A DNA stretch of 64,000 bases, taken from contig JAGIQG010000009.1 in assembly GCA_024679065.1 (NCBI GenBank), positions 81,034,001 to 81,098,000 on the forward strand. The letters run 5' to 3'. Positions 51,188 to 63,900 of this stretch are shown piece by piece. Both the position numbers and the translations under genes were made by a program. How positions within the stretch are numbered: the stretch's first letter is position 1; each line of letters starts with the position of its first letter. This DNA is from Sphyrna mokarran. Taxonomy: Eukaryota. Below the pieces are notes generated by a model that was not told where the DNA came from, did not search any database, and saw nothing but the letters and a program-made list of their open reading frames with translations.

Positions 51188-51957
51188 TGTGTCCATTATT
51201 ATATATTATCTAAAACTGTGGGATGTGTCAGTACAGGAGGTGGGACTGTGTGTCCATTATTATATATTATCTAAAACTGTGGGATGTGTCAGTACAGGAG
51301 GTGGGACTGTGTGTCCATTATTATATATTATATAAAACTGTGGGATGTGTCAGTACAGGAGGTGGGACTGTGTGTCCATTATTATATATTATATAAAACT
51401 GTGGGATGTGTCAGTACAGGAGGTGGGACTGTGTGTCCATTATTATATATTATATAAAACTGTGGGATGTGTCAGTACAGGAGGTGGGACTGTGTGTCCA
51501 TTATTATATATTATATAAAACTGTGGGATGTGTCCATTATTATATATTATATAAAACTGTGGGATGTGTCAGTACAGGAGGTGGGACTGTGTGTCCATTA
51601 TTATATATTATATAAAACTGGGATGTGTCAGTACAGGAGGTGGGACTGTGTGTCCATTATTATATATTATATAAAACTGTGGGATGAGTCAGTACAGGAG
51701 GTGGGACTGTGTGTCCATTATTATATATTATATAAAACTGTGGGATGAGTCAGTACAGGAGGTGGGACTGTGTGTCCATTATTACATATTATATAAAACT
51801 GTGGGATGAGTCAGTACAGGAGGTGGGACTGTGTGTCCATTATTATATATTATATAAAACTGGGATGTGTCAGTACAGGAGGTGGGACTGTGTGTCCATT
51901 ATTATATATTATATAAAACTGTGGGATGTATCAGTACAGGAGGTGGGACTGTGTGTG
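51188..51957. repeat. 61-bp minisatellite (~13 units) between the V and J RSSs
   Basis: Unit GTGTGTCCATTATTATATATTATATAAAACTGTGGGATGTGTCAGTACAGGAGGTGGGACT. Confidence 0.95.
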
Positions 51958-51961
51958 TTGG

Positions 51962-51989
51962 GGTTTTTGTAAGGCTCTGTATCACTGTG
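51962..51989 (-). other. V recombination signal sequence, 12-bp spacer
   Basis: Minus strand CACAGTG + 12 nt + ACAAAAACC, a perfect consensus. V-12/J-23 is the kappa-type configuration. Confidence 0.97.
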
Positions 51990-52287
51990 CAGGACCAGCT
52001 GTTCCATTGCTGACAGTAATAATCAGCGACATCCTCATTCTGAACATTGCTGATTGTCAGGGTGAAACTTGTCCCAGATCCACTGCCGCTGAATCGGTCG
52101 GATACTCCTGATGCAGCATTTGATGCATAGTAGATCAGCAGAGCCGGTTTCTGTCCTTCTCGCTGTTGGTACCAATTCACATTGCTGCTAACAGATTGAC
52201 TGGCCGTACAGGTGATGGTGGCGGTCTGGCCCAGGCTCACTGACAGCACCGCGGGGGTCTGGGTCATGATGATATCTCCATTGATAC
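51990..52287 (-). CDS. IGKV: Ig light chain V segment (kappa/type III-like), germline unrearranged
   Basis: [55 protein letters not shown], followed directly by a 12-RSS. Confidence 0.96.
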
Positions 52288-52473
52288 CTGAGGGGTAATA
52301 GAGAAACAGAGTGAAGTCAGAACTGTCACAGAAAGAGGCTGTACAATGAGATATTGTTGGAGACACTGACTGTTCCTCTCCTTTCAGCATTTTCCCTTCA
52401 ATCACAAGTCAGGAGAATTGGATTGAAATGGATAGCAGGAAAATATTCAAGGTGGAAGGAGAGAGATTAGTAC

Positions 52474-52522
52474 CTGCGATGCAGAATGCCAGAGGCCAGA
52501 GCAGCTGGATGGCTGAAATCAT
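52474..52522 (-). CDS. IGK: Ig light chain leader exon (kappa/NS4-like)
   Basis: ATG at 52522 gives the signal peptide MISAIQLLWPLAFCIAG; G|GT donor, phase 1, matching the V exon acceptor. Confidence 0.9.
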
Positions 52523-52582
52523 GGTGTGTGCTCGTGTCCCTGTTCCTGGTTACTGATAAACTCTCCCTTCACTGGGCTCTGC

Positions 52583-52676
52583 TTTATAAAGCTGCAGCCT
52601 GTGAGAGTCTCACTGCCTGTTCCTCAGTTTGTAAATGGTCTGACCCAGAGAAACCACGTCAGCACCTTTCACTTCC
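52583..52676 (-). promoter_or_regulatory. Ig V promoter: TATA box, degenerate octamer, CRE-like site, Ets-IRF composite element
   Basis: TTTATAAA at 52583-52590; ATTTACAA at 52629-52636 in the octamer position; TGACGTGG near 52654-52661; GGAAGTGAAA at 52667-52676. Confidence 0.6.
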
Positions 52677-52694
52677 TCTTCTTCTCTCTCTGTT

Positions 52695-53100
52695 CCTCAG
52701 AATCTTTCCCTCAGAATCTTTCCCTCAGAATCTGTCCCTCAGAATCTGTCCCTCACTCTTTTGATATCTCTCTCAGTCGCCATTTGTCTCTCTTTCTCTT
52801 TCTCTCTCTCTCTCTCTATATTTGTCCCTCAGTTTCTCTCTCTCTCATTCTCAGTCTTTCTCTCTCGATATCTGTCCCTCAGTCTCTGTCTCCCTCACTC
52901 TATCACTCCCTCAATTGCTGTCTCTTTCAATCTCTGAGTAACTCTTCATTTGTCTCTCTTTCTATCCACCACACTCTTGCTGTCTTTTTTTTTGTCCTTC
53001 CTGTCTCACTCTCTTTGTTTATCCTCTCAATGAGTCTTTCTTTCTCTCTTCTCATTCTCCCTCTCTCTATTCCTCTTAGTTTTTCCCTCACCTTATCTCA
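52695..53100. repeat. 14-bp tandem repeat x4 followed by a CT-rich low-complexity tract
   Basis: (CCTCAGAATCTKTC)4 at 52695-52755, then a polypyrimidine stretch. Confidence 0.8.
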
Positions 53101-53104
53101 TAAA

Positions 53105-55160
53105 GTTATAGAGTCCGAGAGGTTTACAGGGAAGAAACAGGCCCTTCAGCCCAACATGTCCATGCTGCCAGTTTTTTTAAACCCGTAACCATAATTGCCC
53201 ATGTTTGGCCCATATCCCTCTATACCCATCTTACCCAGAGTGAAGTCAGAACTGTCATAGAAAGAGGCTGTACAATGAGATATTGTTGGAGACACTGACT
53301 GTTCCTCTCCTTTCAACATTTTCCCTTCAATCACAAGTCAGGAGAATTGGATTGAAATGGAGAGCAGGAAAATATTCAAGGTGTCTTTTTAAAAGTCAAA
53401 ATTGTTCCTGTCTCTATTACTATCTTTGGCAGATTGTTCCAGACACTCACCACGCTCAGTGTGAAAAAATTGCCCTTTTGTGCAGTTTTGTATCTGTCCC
53501 CTGTCTTCTTAAACTTATGTCCTCTAGTTTTAGACTCCGCTACTTTTGGGAAAAGATATTGAATATCTAGCTGATCTATGCCCCTCATTATTTTATAAAC
53601 ATCTGTAAGATCACCCCTCAGCCTTCTATGCTCCAGGGAAAAATTTCCAGCCTCTCCTTATAACCTAAACCATTAAGTCCCGGTACCATTCTCGATAAAT
53701 CTTTTCAGCACTCGTTCTAATGTAATAATATCCTTGCTATAACAGGGTGACCAAAAGTAGATACAGTATTCAAAGTGTGGCCTTACTAATGTCTTCTATA
53801 AGTTCAACAAAATGTCTCGATTTCTGTATTCAATGTTCTAACCAATGAAACCAAGCATGCTGAATGCCTTCTTCACCACCCTGTCCACCTGTGACTCCAC
53901 TTTCAAGGAGTTATGAACATGTACCCTTAGATTTTTTTGTTCTGTAACTCTCCTCAATGCCCGAACATTAACTGAGTAAGTCCTGCCCCGATTCAATCTA
54001 CCAAAATATATCACCTCGCATTTATCTAAATTAAACTCCAGTTGTCATTCATCAGCCCACTGATCCAATTCAGGTTGCAATTGGAGATAACTTTCTTCAC
54101 TGTCCACTATACCACCAATCTTGGTGTCATCTGTAAAACTACTAACCATATCTTCTATATTCTCATCCAAATCATTGATATAAATGACAAATAACAATGG
54201 ACCCTTCATCGATCACTGTGACACATCACTCATTCTCTTTGTTCCTCTGTATTCATATCTCACTCTGTACCAGAAGAGGCGCCATCCTCCTGGGATCCAC
54301 TCTGTCAATCCCCTCACAATCTGATACGTTTCAATAAGATCACCTCTCATTCTTCTAAACTCCAATGGGTTCAGGCCCAACCTGTCCAATTTTTCTTCAA
54401 ATGATAACCCCTCAACCCAGAAATGTGTTGTGTGAATCTTCTCTGAACTGCTTCTAACACAATGAAATCCTTTTTCAAGTAAGGAGAGCTAAACTGTACA
54501 TAGTATTCCAGATGTGGTCTCACTGAGACCCTGTACAACTGCAATAAACTTCCGTATTTTTATATTCCATTCTCCTTGTAATAAACACCAACATTCCATT
54601 TGTTTTCCTAATCACTTGCTGTAGCTGCAGACTAACTTGTTGTGATTCATGTCCCAGGACAGCCAGATCCCTCTGCAGCACCGAGTTGTGCAAACTCTCT
54701 CCATTTCATTGCTTTTCTATTCTTCCCGTTAAAATGGACACCTTCACATTTACACAGGTTGAACTCCACATGTTTAGCCACTCATTTCGCCTGTCTCTAC
54801 CCTTTATAGATTCTCTACCTCATCTTGATAACTTACTTTTCCCACCTATCTCAGTGTCATTGGAACATTAGTTCAAGTCATTCCCTTCATCCAAGTCATT
54901 GATATGGATTGTGAATAGTTGTGGTCCCAGCACTGATTGTTCCAGAATTCCACTAATCACAGCTTCACAACCCCAAATAAATCATTTATCCCTCTCTCTC
55001 ATTTTTGTGAGCTAACCAATCATCTATCAATGCTAATATGTTACCCACACACCACCATATCTTGTACAGTAACATTTGATGTGATAATTTATCAAATACC
55101 TTTTCAAATTCCCTGTACATTCAAGGTATAAGTTCCCCTTTATCCATTTTGTGACCTCCA
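53105..55160 (-). mobile_element. Decayed CR1 fragments (at least two)
   Basis: ORF 53376-53588 (RGH..GNFFT..VWNNLP) and RT-like degenerate sequence to ~55150. Confidence 0.75.
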
Positions 55161-55227
55161 CAAAGGTGAACAATGACATATGTATAACAGAAAGAAACTG
55201 CTCCACATCGATCATGATGTCCATGTC

Positions 55228-56782
55228 CCAGTGGAGCCTCCAATAGGGAGCAGTAAACATGGGACTCCTTCCCACTGGAGCCTCCAATAGGGACCACTAA
55301 ACATGGTCTTCCTTCTCACTGGAGCCTCCAATGGGGACCAGTAAACATGGGCCTCCTTCCCACTGGAGCCTCCAGTAGGGACCAGTAAATATGGGCCTGC
55401 TTCCCACTGGAGCCTCCAATAGGGACCAGTAAACATGGGCCTCCTTCCCACTGGAGCCTCCAGTAGGGACCAGTAAATATGGGCCTGCTTCCCACTGGAG
55501 CCTCCAATAGGGACCAGTAAACATGGGCCTCCTTCTGACTGGAACCTCCAATAGGGACCAGTAAACATGGGCCTCCTTCCCACTGGGGCCTCCAATAGGG
55601 ACCAGTAAACTTGGGCATTCTTCCCACCGCAGCTTCCAATGGGGACTAGTAAACATGGGCCTCCTTTTCACTGGAGCCACCAATAGGGACCAGTAAACAT
55701 GGGCCTCCTTCCCACTGGAGTCTCCAATAGGGACCAGTAAACATGGGCCTCCTTCCCACTGGAGCCTCCAATAGGGATAAGTAAACGTGGGCCTCCTTCC
55801 TGCTAGAGCCTCAAATAGGGACCAGTAAACATGGGCTCCTTTTCACTGGAGCCACCAATACGGACCAGTAAACATGGGCCTCCTTCCCAGTGGAGTCTCC
55901 AATGTGGACCAGTAAACATGGGCCTCCTTCCCACTGGAGCCTGCAATAGGGACCAGTAAACATCGGCCTCCTTCCCACTGGAGTCTCCAATAGGGACCAG
56001 TAAACATGGGCCTCCTTCCCACTGGAGTCTCCAATAGGGACCAGTAAACATGGGCCTCCTTCCCACTGGAGCCTCCAATAGGGACAAGTAAACATGGGCC
56101 TCCTTCCTGCTAGAGCCTCCAATAGGGACCAGTAAACATGGTCCTCCTTCCCACTGGAGCCTCCAATAGGGACCAGTAAACATGGGCCTCTTTCCCACTG
56201 GAGCCTCCAATAGGGACCAGTAAACATGGGCCTCCTTCCCACTGGAGCCTCCAATAGGGACCAGTAAACATGGGCCTCCTTCCCACTGGAGCCTCCAATA
56301 GGGACCAGTAAACATGGGCCTCCTTCCCACTGGGCCTCCAATAGGGGCCAGTAAACACGGGCCTCCTTCCCACTGGAGTCTCCAATAGCAACCAGTAAAC
56401 ATGGGCCTTCTTCCCACTGCAGTTTCTAATGGGGACCAGTAAACATTGTCCTCCTTCTCACTGGAACCTCCAATAGGGACCAGTAAACATGGGCCACTTT
56501 CCCACTCTAGCCTCCAATAGGGGCCAGTAAACATGGACCTCCTTTCCACTGGAGCCTCCAATAGGGACCAGTAAACATGGGCCTTCTTCCCACTGCAGCT
56601 TCCAATGGGGACCAGTAAACATGGGCCTCCTTCCCACTGGAGCCTCCAATAGGGACCAGTAAACATGGGCCTCTTTCCCAGTGCAGCCTCCAATATGGAC
56701 CAGTAAACATGGGCCTTCTTCCCACTGCAGCTTCCAATGGGGACCAGTAAACATGAGCCTCCTTCCCACTGGAGCATCCAGT
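55228..56782. repeat. 44-bp minisatellite (~35 units)
   Basis: Unit GGAGCCTCCAATAGGGACCAGTAAACATGGGCCTCCTTCCCACT. Confidence 0.95.
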
Positions 56783-59700
56783 AGCTGAGCTTCAAACTCA
56801 TCCTCTCCATCTCTTCAGCCTCTTATTTCCACATCATTATCCGTCTCGACACTACATCGTTCCCTTAAGCACAGTAACCCTTATCCCTGCATGTCCCACC
56901 TACTCACTCTGTTATTCTGATAACCTCTCCCAACTCCCCTCAGCCACACTCCATAAACCCCAGCTTGTCCCAAATGCAGTGGGTCCAGACTCTGTCTCAC
57001 ACCAAGTGTCGTTCCAACACCACTCCTGATCTCTATGATCTAGCCCTGACCTCACTGACCTGTTACCTCTGACCTTACTGTCCTCCAATTCCCTCCATGG
57101 CCTCACTCCTCCCCACCCCTGTATTCCTGCTCCAGATTCACATTTCTCCCTCACCTTCCATCTGCTGATTCTGCTCCCTGGCCCATCGCTGCTTCCTTCA
57201 TCCCATCATTGACAGATGCCCAGGTCCTGCTTTTTGTTCTCCCACCCTTAATCCCTCCCCCTCTCCAAATCTTTCTCCCCATCAAATTCTTTCACCCAAG
57301 TCTTCGATCTCTCTTCCTAAACTACCCACAGCCCCTCCCCCATTCCTCTTATGCTGCTCTGTGAAACATAATGGGCGATGTTGTACACTACGGTGCTATA
57401 TAAATTCAGGTTCTGTGTGGGTTTTGGTTGGGGACAGAATTAGACACAGTGGTGAAGGATCTTGCAGTCAAATATCCTGCTGACAGGATCCAGACTTCAA
57501 CACACAGAATGGGACATTGTGTAAAGTAGGAATTATTAAAAATGTATTCATTGACGGGATGTGGGTGTCACTGGCTATCCCAACATTTATTGTCCATCCC
57601 TAATTGTCCTTGAGAAGGTGGTGATGAACTGCCTTCTTGAACTCCTGCAGTCCATGAGGTGTACACACACCCACAGTGCCGTTAGGGAGGGATTTCCAGG
57701 ATTCTGACCCAGCGACAGTGCATGAACAGAGATGTATTTCCACTTCAGAATGGCATGTGTCTTGGAGGAGAATCTCCTGGTGATGTTGATTCCAGGGATC
57801 TGGTACACTTGTCTTTCCAGATGATAGTGGTCGTGGTATTTGAAGGTGCTGCATCAGGAACCTTGGTGAGTTCATGCAGGGCATCTTATAGATGGCACAC
57901 ACTGCTGCCACTGTTTGACAGTGGTGGAGGGATTTAATGGTTGTGAATGGGGTGACAATCGAGTGGGGCTGCTTTGTTCTGGATGATGTTGAGCTTCTTG
58001 ACTGTTGCTGGAGCTCTACTCATCCAGACAAGTGGAGAGTATTCCATCACACTCCAGACTTGTGCCTTGTAGATGAGGCTTTGAAGAGTCAGGAAGTGAG
58101 TTACTCACTGCAGGATTCCTATCCACTGACCTTCTCTTGTAGCCACAGTATTTATAGGCTGGTCCAGTTCAGTTTCTGGTCAATCATAACCAACAGGATT
58201 TTACAGTGGGGGATTCAGCGATGGTAATGACATTGAATGTCAAGGGGAGATGTTAAAATTCTCTCTTGTTGGGGATGGTGATTCCGTGGTACTGATGTGG
58301 CATGAATGTTACTGCTTCAATATCTGAGGAGTTGTGAATGGTGCTGAGCATTGTGCAATCATCAGTGAACATCCCCACTTCTGAAGGTCATTACTGAAGC
58401 AGCTGAAGATGGTTGTGTCTCAGACACGACCCTGAGGAACTCCTGCAGTGATGTCCCAGGATAACTCCCTCCTGACTGTATCCCACTGTGCCTTCTGTGC
58501 TGGGAGATTGGAGATAGTGAACACGGTTCACCATTTTCTCCCGTCTCAGTAACAAACATCCAGCTGCTCTGAGCTCCTTCTTTCACTTCCTCTGTCGGTT
58601 ACGTTTCAATCTTCCGATCTGACAGTCTTTGCAGTTATTTTTGACACTGGGGATTTGTGCTGTGGTCTGAATCTCTAACAATAACTGTCCAATCAGTGTA
58701 AAGAACAACAGCTCAGAGCAGTCAGGACTGAGGAGCCAGGCTCACTGGGAAACACATTGGGAAGATCAAAGCCATGGTCTTCAGCTCCCGATACAAACTC
58801 CATCCCTCCCCCTGAGCACTGTCTGCTGCTCAACCACACTCTCTACAACATTGGCCTCAACTTTAACCCTGATCTGACCTGCCCCAAATTCTCCACATCA
58901 CAAAGTTTACTCTGCTCACTCGTTCCTCGGTCCAAACTGGATGTTTTCACACTCTCCAATTGAATTCCATCTGCCATTGTCTTCAGACCCCATCCAAACT
59001 CTGTTCCCTCAACACTGATTCCATCCCTTCCCCTTTGGAGTGTCTGACACTGAACCACACAGTCCACAGCCATGGTGTCCTATTTAACCCTGAGATGACT
59101 TTCCCACCACATCATCCACTCCATCACTAAGAACACCTATTTCCACCTGGGTAACATCTCCCGAGTCCTTCCTACCTCACATCATCTTCTGCTGAAAATC
59201 TCATCTGTATCTTTGTTACCCTCTGAACATTACTATTCCAATGCTTTCCTGGTCGACCTCACACCTACCACCCTCTGTAATCACCAGCTCACCCAGAACT
59301 CACACCAAATCCCGTTCACCCGTCACCCCCTGTTCTCACTGACCTACACTGATCCCTGGTCCAGCAATGCCCTGATTTTAACATTCTCATTCTGTCTCTC
59401 AAATCCCTCCCTATCCTGCACCCTCCCTATCTCTGTAACCTCCTCCAAGCTGCCTCATTTAGTGTGCTCAGTAATCTTGGATATGTGACTCTCTATTCCT
59501 TCGTCCAAGTCATTGACAAATATAGTGAAAAACTGAGGCTTCAGCACAGTTCCCTGGGGACATCACTATTCACAGCTTGCTGATTGGAAAATACACACAC
59601 ATTATCCCTACTCTCTGTCTCCTATCTCCGAACCACTTCCTTATTCATGGCAAAAGCGTTCTTCAAATTCCACATGCTTCCATTTTTATTCACAGACTCT

Positions 59701-60679
59701 CATGTGGAACCTTCCCAAATATTTTCTGGAAATACAAAGAAATAGCATCCAGAACAATTATAACCAGCTTAGTTGAACATGTCTGAATCTTTTAAAATTC
59801 ATGTTGACTCTTTCTGACCAGTTCCTGTTTCTCACTCGTTCTGTCTCTAATAAAACATTTCAGTCAGTTTTCCCACAACACACATTAAACTGAGCTGTTA
59901 GCTGTGAATGACTCTAGTAAAACAGCTAGTACAGACATGAGGGACTGAATGGTCTCTTCCTGTGTTGTAGATCTATCTGACTCCTTGACTGAAACATCTG
60001 GATTGGAACAGGAGATGGGCTGGAGGTGAAACAATGAGTTGAAGTTAGACAGAGTGTTATTAGTAGGTCATGTCCAATGTATAGTTTGTCCATTACTTCC
60101 TCGAAAAGATGTAGTCAAATTTTCTGAAAAACTAAGCGCCCATTGCGGCTGGAAAACAGGACATTTTCCCACCATTTTCTGGGCATATTTACTCAGTTGA
60201 ATTTCCAGCACTGGGCGTTTAACAAAATCTGCCAGGGATTTACACCAGTGGATGGGGTTAATCCCATCCGTGAGGCCAGGATTAACACTCCCTCATCCCT
60301 GCCTTGCGATATCTTCCCCAATCTAATTCCCCATCCCCTGATCACAGGCCCTGACACCCCCAACCCCGATCTCACTTTCCCGAATCGACTGGCCTCCCAA
60401 CCTCCCCCCTAGTCACCGGCCTGACTCCCCACGCCTAACACCATCCCTCTTTGCCCAGTTGCCAGCCCCCTTCAACAACCCTACATCCAATCACCGATAC
60501 CAACCCCCACCCCTACACCCCTTCCCCATCCAAATGCCTCCCCAATGGCTCCCACCTCCTCATCCCCCAGTTGTCGGCCCCCTCCCTGATCGCCGGGTTC
60601 CCAATGGCTTCCTCAATTAGAAGGTTCCTGCTGAACTCAGCAACAATTCTGCATTGCCCCCCCACCCCCCACCACCCTG

Positions 60680-63600
60680 AGCTTTTAAACAAACATCAGC
60701 GATGGAATTGTGGAGAGACACAGAAAGAAACTTTAGTAAAAGTCAAACCAGCTTTCCCGTCATCGTCATTGCTTGTGCACTTTGATCCGAGCAAACCGTT
60801 CGGAATCATTTGTAGCTTCGCCGTACCTTGTGGGGGATGAACACACAGTAGATGGACAGTTGGGAGTGAGGTTCAGTCAGATATAGAAGGAAAAGTCGGT
60901 GAGTCCAGCAGGCAGAGAAGACTTGGGCTTGATAAGGCACATGGGAGGATTGGAAGACTAAACAGCATCTATTTTAATACAAGGAGCCTGTCTGGTCAGG
61001 CAGATGAACTTAGAGAGTTGGTCAGCATGGGGAAATATGAGATTGTTGTAATCACTGAGATATGATTGAAAGAAGGACAGAACTGGAATCTTGACATTCC
61101 AGGATATAGAAGTTCCAGGCATGATGGTGCTGGAGATGTAAGAGAGGATGTAAGAGATTAAAGAGACCATCACTGCAATAATAGAACATAGAACATAGAA
61201 CACTACAGCACAAATAGGACCTTCGGCCCGCATGTTGTGCCGATCATATCAGTACCTACCAGGCCATAGAACTATCTGTAACACCCAATCCCATTAACTA
61301 CCATGTACTCACCCAGAAGTCTCTTAAAAGAGCCCAGTGAGTTCGCCTCTACCACCGCTGACGACAGCCGATTCCATTCACTCACCACCCTCTGAGTGAA
61401 AAACATACCTCTAACATCTCCTCTGTACTTGCCCCCCAGCACCTTAAACTTGTGTCTTCTCGTAGCGACCATTTCAGCCCTGGGAAATAGCCTCTGAGAA
61501 TCCACTCTATCAATTCCTCTCAACATCTTATAAACCTCTATCAGGTCGCCTCTCAACCTTCGTCTCTCCAGGGAGAAGAGACTTAGCTCTCTCAACCTAT
61601 CTTCATAAGGCATGCCCCCCAAACCAGGCAACATCCTTGTAAATCTCCTCTGCCCCCTCTCAATAGCTTCCACATCCTTCTTACAGTGAGGCGATCAGAA
61701 CTGCACACAATACTCCAAGTGGGGTCTGACAAGTGTCTTATAAAGTTGCAGCATTGCCTCCCGACTCCTAAACTCAATTCCTCTATTAATGAAGGCCAGT
61801 ATACCATATGCCTTCTTGGATAATGTGGCAGGATATGTTGGAACGCTCTTCAAATATGGCCATATGGGTGGAGCTGAGAAATATAAAGAGCGATCATTGT
61901 ATGGGATTATACCACAGCCCTCCCAACACTCAGAGGGAGATAGAGGAGCAGATATGTAGGCAAATCACAGAGAGAGGTGTGAGAGGAATAGGGATATAGT
62001 ACTCGTGGATTTCAACCTCTCCAATATTCAGAGAATCACCTCAGTGTGAAAGGGCTGGCACGGTGGCACAGTGGTTAACGCTGCTGCCTCACAACGCCAG
62101 AGACCCAGGGTCAATTCCAGCATCGGGTCACTGTCTGTGTGGAGTTTGCATGTTCTCCCCATGTTTGTGTGAGTTTCCTCTGGGTGCTCTGGTTTCCTCC
62201 CATAGTCCAATGATGTGCAGTTAGGCTGATTGGCCATGCTAAATTTCTCCTTAGTGTCAGAGTGACTAACAAGGTCAAAACAAAGAACAAAGAACAAAAC
62301 AGCACAGGAAACAGGCCCTTCGACCCAACGAGCCTGCGCCGCCACATCGATGTTCCCACTTCTCCCTTGATCCCTGTCATCCCTGTTTCTGTTGGACCAA
62401 TTCTGTCCCATAGAATGGCAGATGGGATGGAGAGGCTAAATTCATTTTCTTTGAGGACTTTGTGAAATGTTGACAAAATGTACTCACAAATTGACATAGA
62501 AAGTCGAGCAGTAATCCACACAGTGAAAAATTTCACCAATATGTCTATAGGCGGCATTTCACCATCGTGTCAGACCATAAGCCATTGTTGGGATTTTTCC
62601 AGGACATTAAGCCAGTGCCACCTATTGCCTCTGCCAGGGTGCAGAGATGGGCACTGCTGCTGGCACTAAACAGCTAAACCTTCCAGTATAGGCCCAGGAA
62701 CACAGATCTCAAATGCAGATGCATTGAGCTGCCTGCCGCTACCACAGACCATACCGTCACCGCCTGTTCCACAGGAGATAGTATTGACTCTGCATTATTT
62801 GGACACCCTGCCTGTCTCAGCAGCCCACATTCAGATGTGGATAGATAGGGAGCTGAAGTTAGCAAAGGACAAGAAAATGGTACTGACCGGGTGGCACTTT
62901 GACAAGGCAGAGCAAATGAAGTTGTATTTACATTGCAGGGACCAGATACCCTGTGAAGAGGGGGTGCTATTGTGGGAGAGGTCTGTGTCAGCATGCAACC
63001 CCCTGGGCATGGCCATTGCTCCAAGAGTTACATGATGCCCATCCTGGTCAGAGCAGAATGAAAGTGTTGGCCAGAAGTTATGGTATTGACAGAGACATTG
63101 AACAAATGGTTGGGCAGTGTGAGAGTTGTCCGACTCAGCAAGTGTTACCTCCATCAGTGAACATGCTCCCTTGGTCACGGCTTCATGTCGGTTTTGGACA
63201 GATGTTCCTGGTGTTAGTCGAAGCCCATTCCAAGTGACTGGACAATCAGCTCATGAGACCCATCACATCCTCCATTTACCATCGATAAACTGAGGGAGAT
63301 CTTTGTGATCCATGGTCTTCCTGAAGTGTTGCTATCAGACAACGGAGCAGCATTCACGCTGATGAATTTCAGACTTTGATCAAGTCTAATGACATTGGTC
63401 ATGTCAGGCCAGCCCCCGACCATCCTGCCTCGAATGGGTTGGTGGAGCGAGCCATACTGATGTTGAAGGCTCCATGTGAAGCAAGTTCATGGATTGCTGA
63501 CATTGCGATTGGCCAGTTATTTGCTGTCCTACAACACTACACCTCACACCATCACTGGGGTCATGTCGGGGTCACACCCGCAGAGTTGTTAATGGATCGG

Positions 63601-63900
63601 TGCCTGTATACCTGCTGAGATTTATTGTTCCCAAATTTGTCGGGGAGGGTGGAGGCTCAGCGAGCCTCTCAGAAAGGGTATCGTGACTCTCAGAAAGGGG
63701 ACAGATTGTTTAATGATGGCAATCTCATGTTGAGTGGGAATTTGGATGGTGGACCCAGTTGTGGAGAAGACAGGACCAGTCTCATATTTGGGGGAGACAC
63801 AGGGCTGTGGAGTTAAGGAACATATTGGTTACCTACGCAAGAGACTAGAGCAAGCTCCAGGAGATGAGCAATTGGGCCTCGTAACCAGTTTGTGTGTACC
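60680..63900 (+). mobile_element. Decayed Gypsy/Ty3 LTR-retrotransposon pol (RT-RNase H linker, RNase H, integrase), interrupted by CR1 and SINE insertions
   Basis: LLVHFDPSKP; FHQYVY..FTIVSDHKPLLG near 62530-62595; HHCC integrase ELHDAHPG..MKVLARSY..CESC; HGLPEVLLSDNGAAF; PDHPASNGLVERA; TPAELLM. Confidence 0.85.
61180..61818 (-). mobile_element. CR1 3' fragment
   Basis: ORF 61272-61673 encodes the RT C-terminus; (ATAGAAC)3 tail. Confidence 0.88.

Noticed and set aside
51183-51189. Perfect CACAGTG heptamer between V and J (possible D segment or extra RSS)
   Set aside because: No nonamer at 12- or 23-bp spacing.
51188-51957. Possible CRISPR-like array
   Set aside because: Head-to-tail units with no unique spacers, in a vertebrate context.
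52526-53188. 220-aa Ser/Leu-rich ORF
   Set aside because: Translation of a CT-rich low-complexity tract.
53146-53334. ORF starting like the V-region ORF (second V gene?)
   Set aside because: Only intron sequence is duplicated; there is no V exon or RSS.
55212-56810. Long ORFs up to 335 aa
   Set aside because: Translations of the 44-bp minisatellite.
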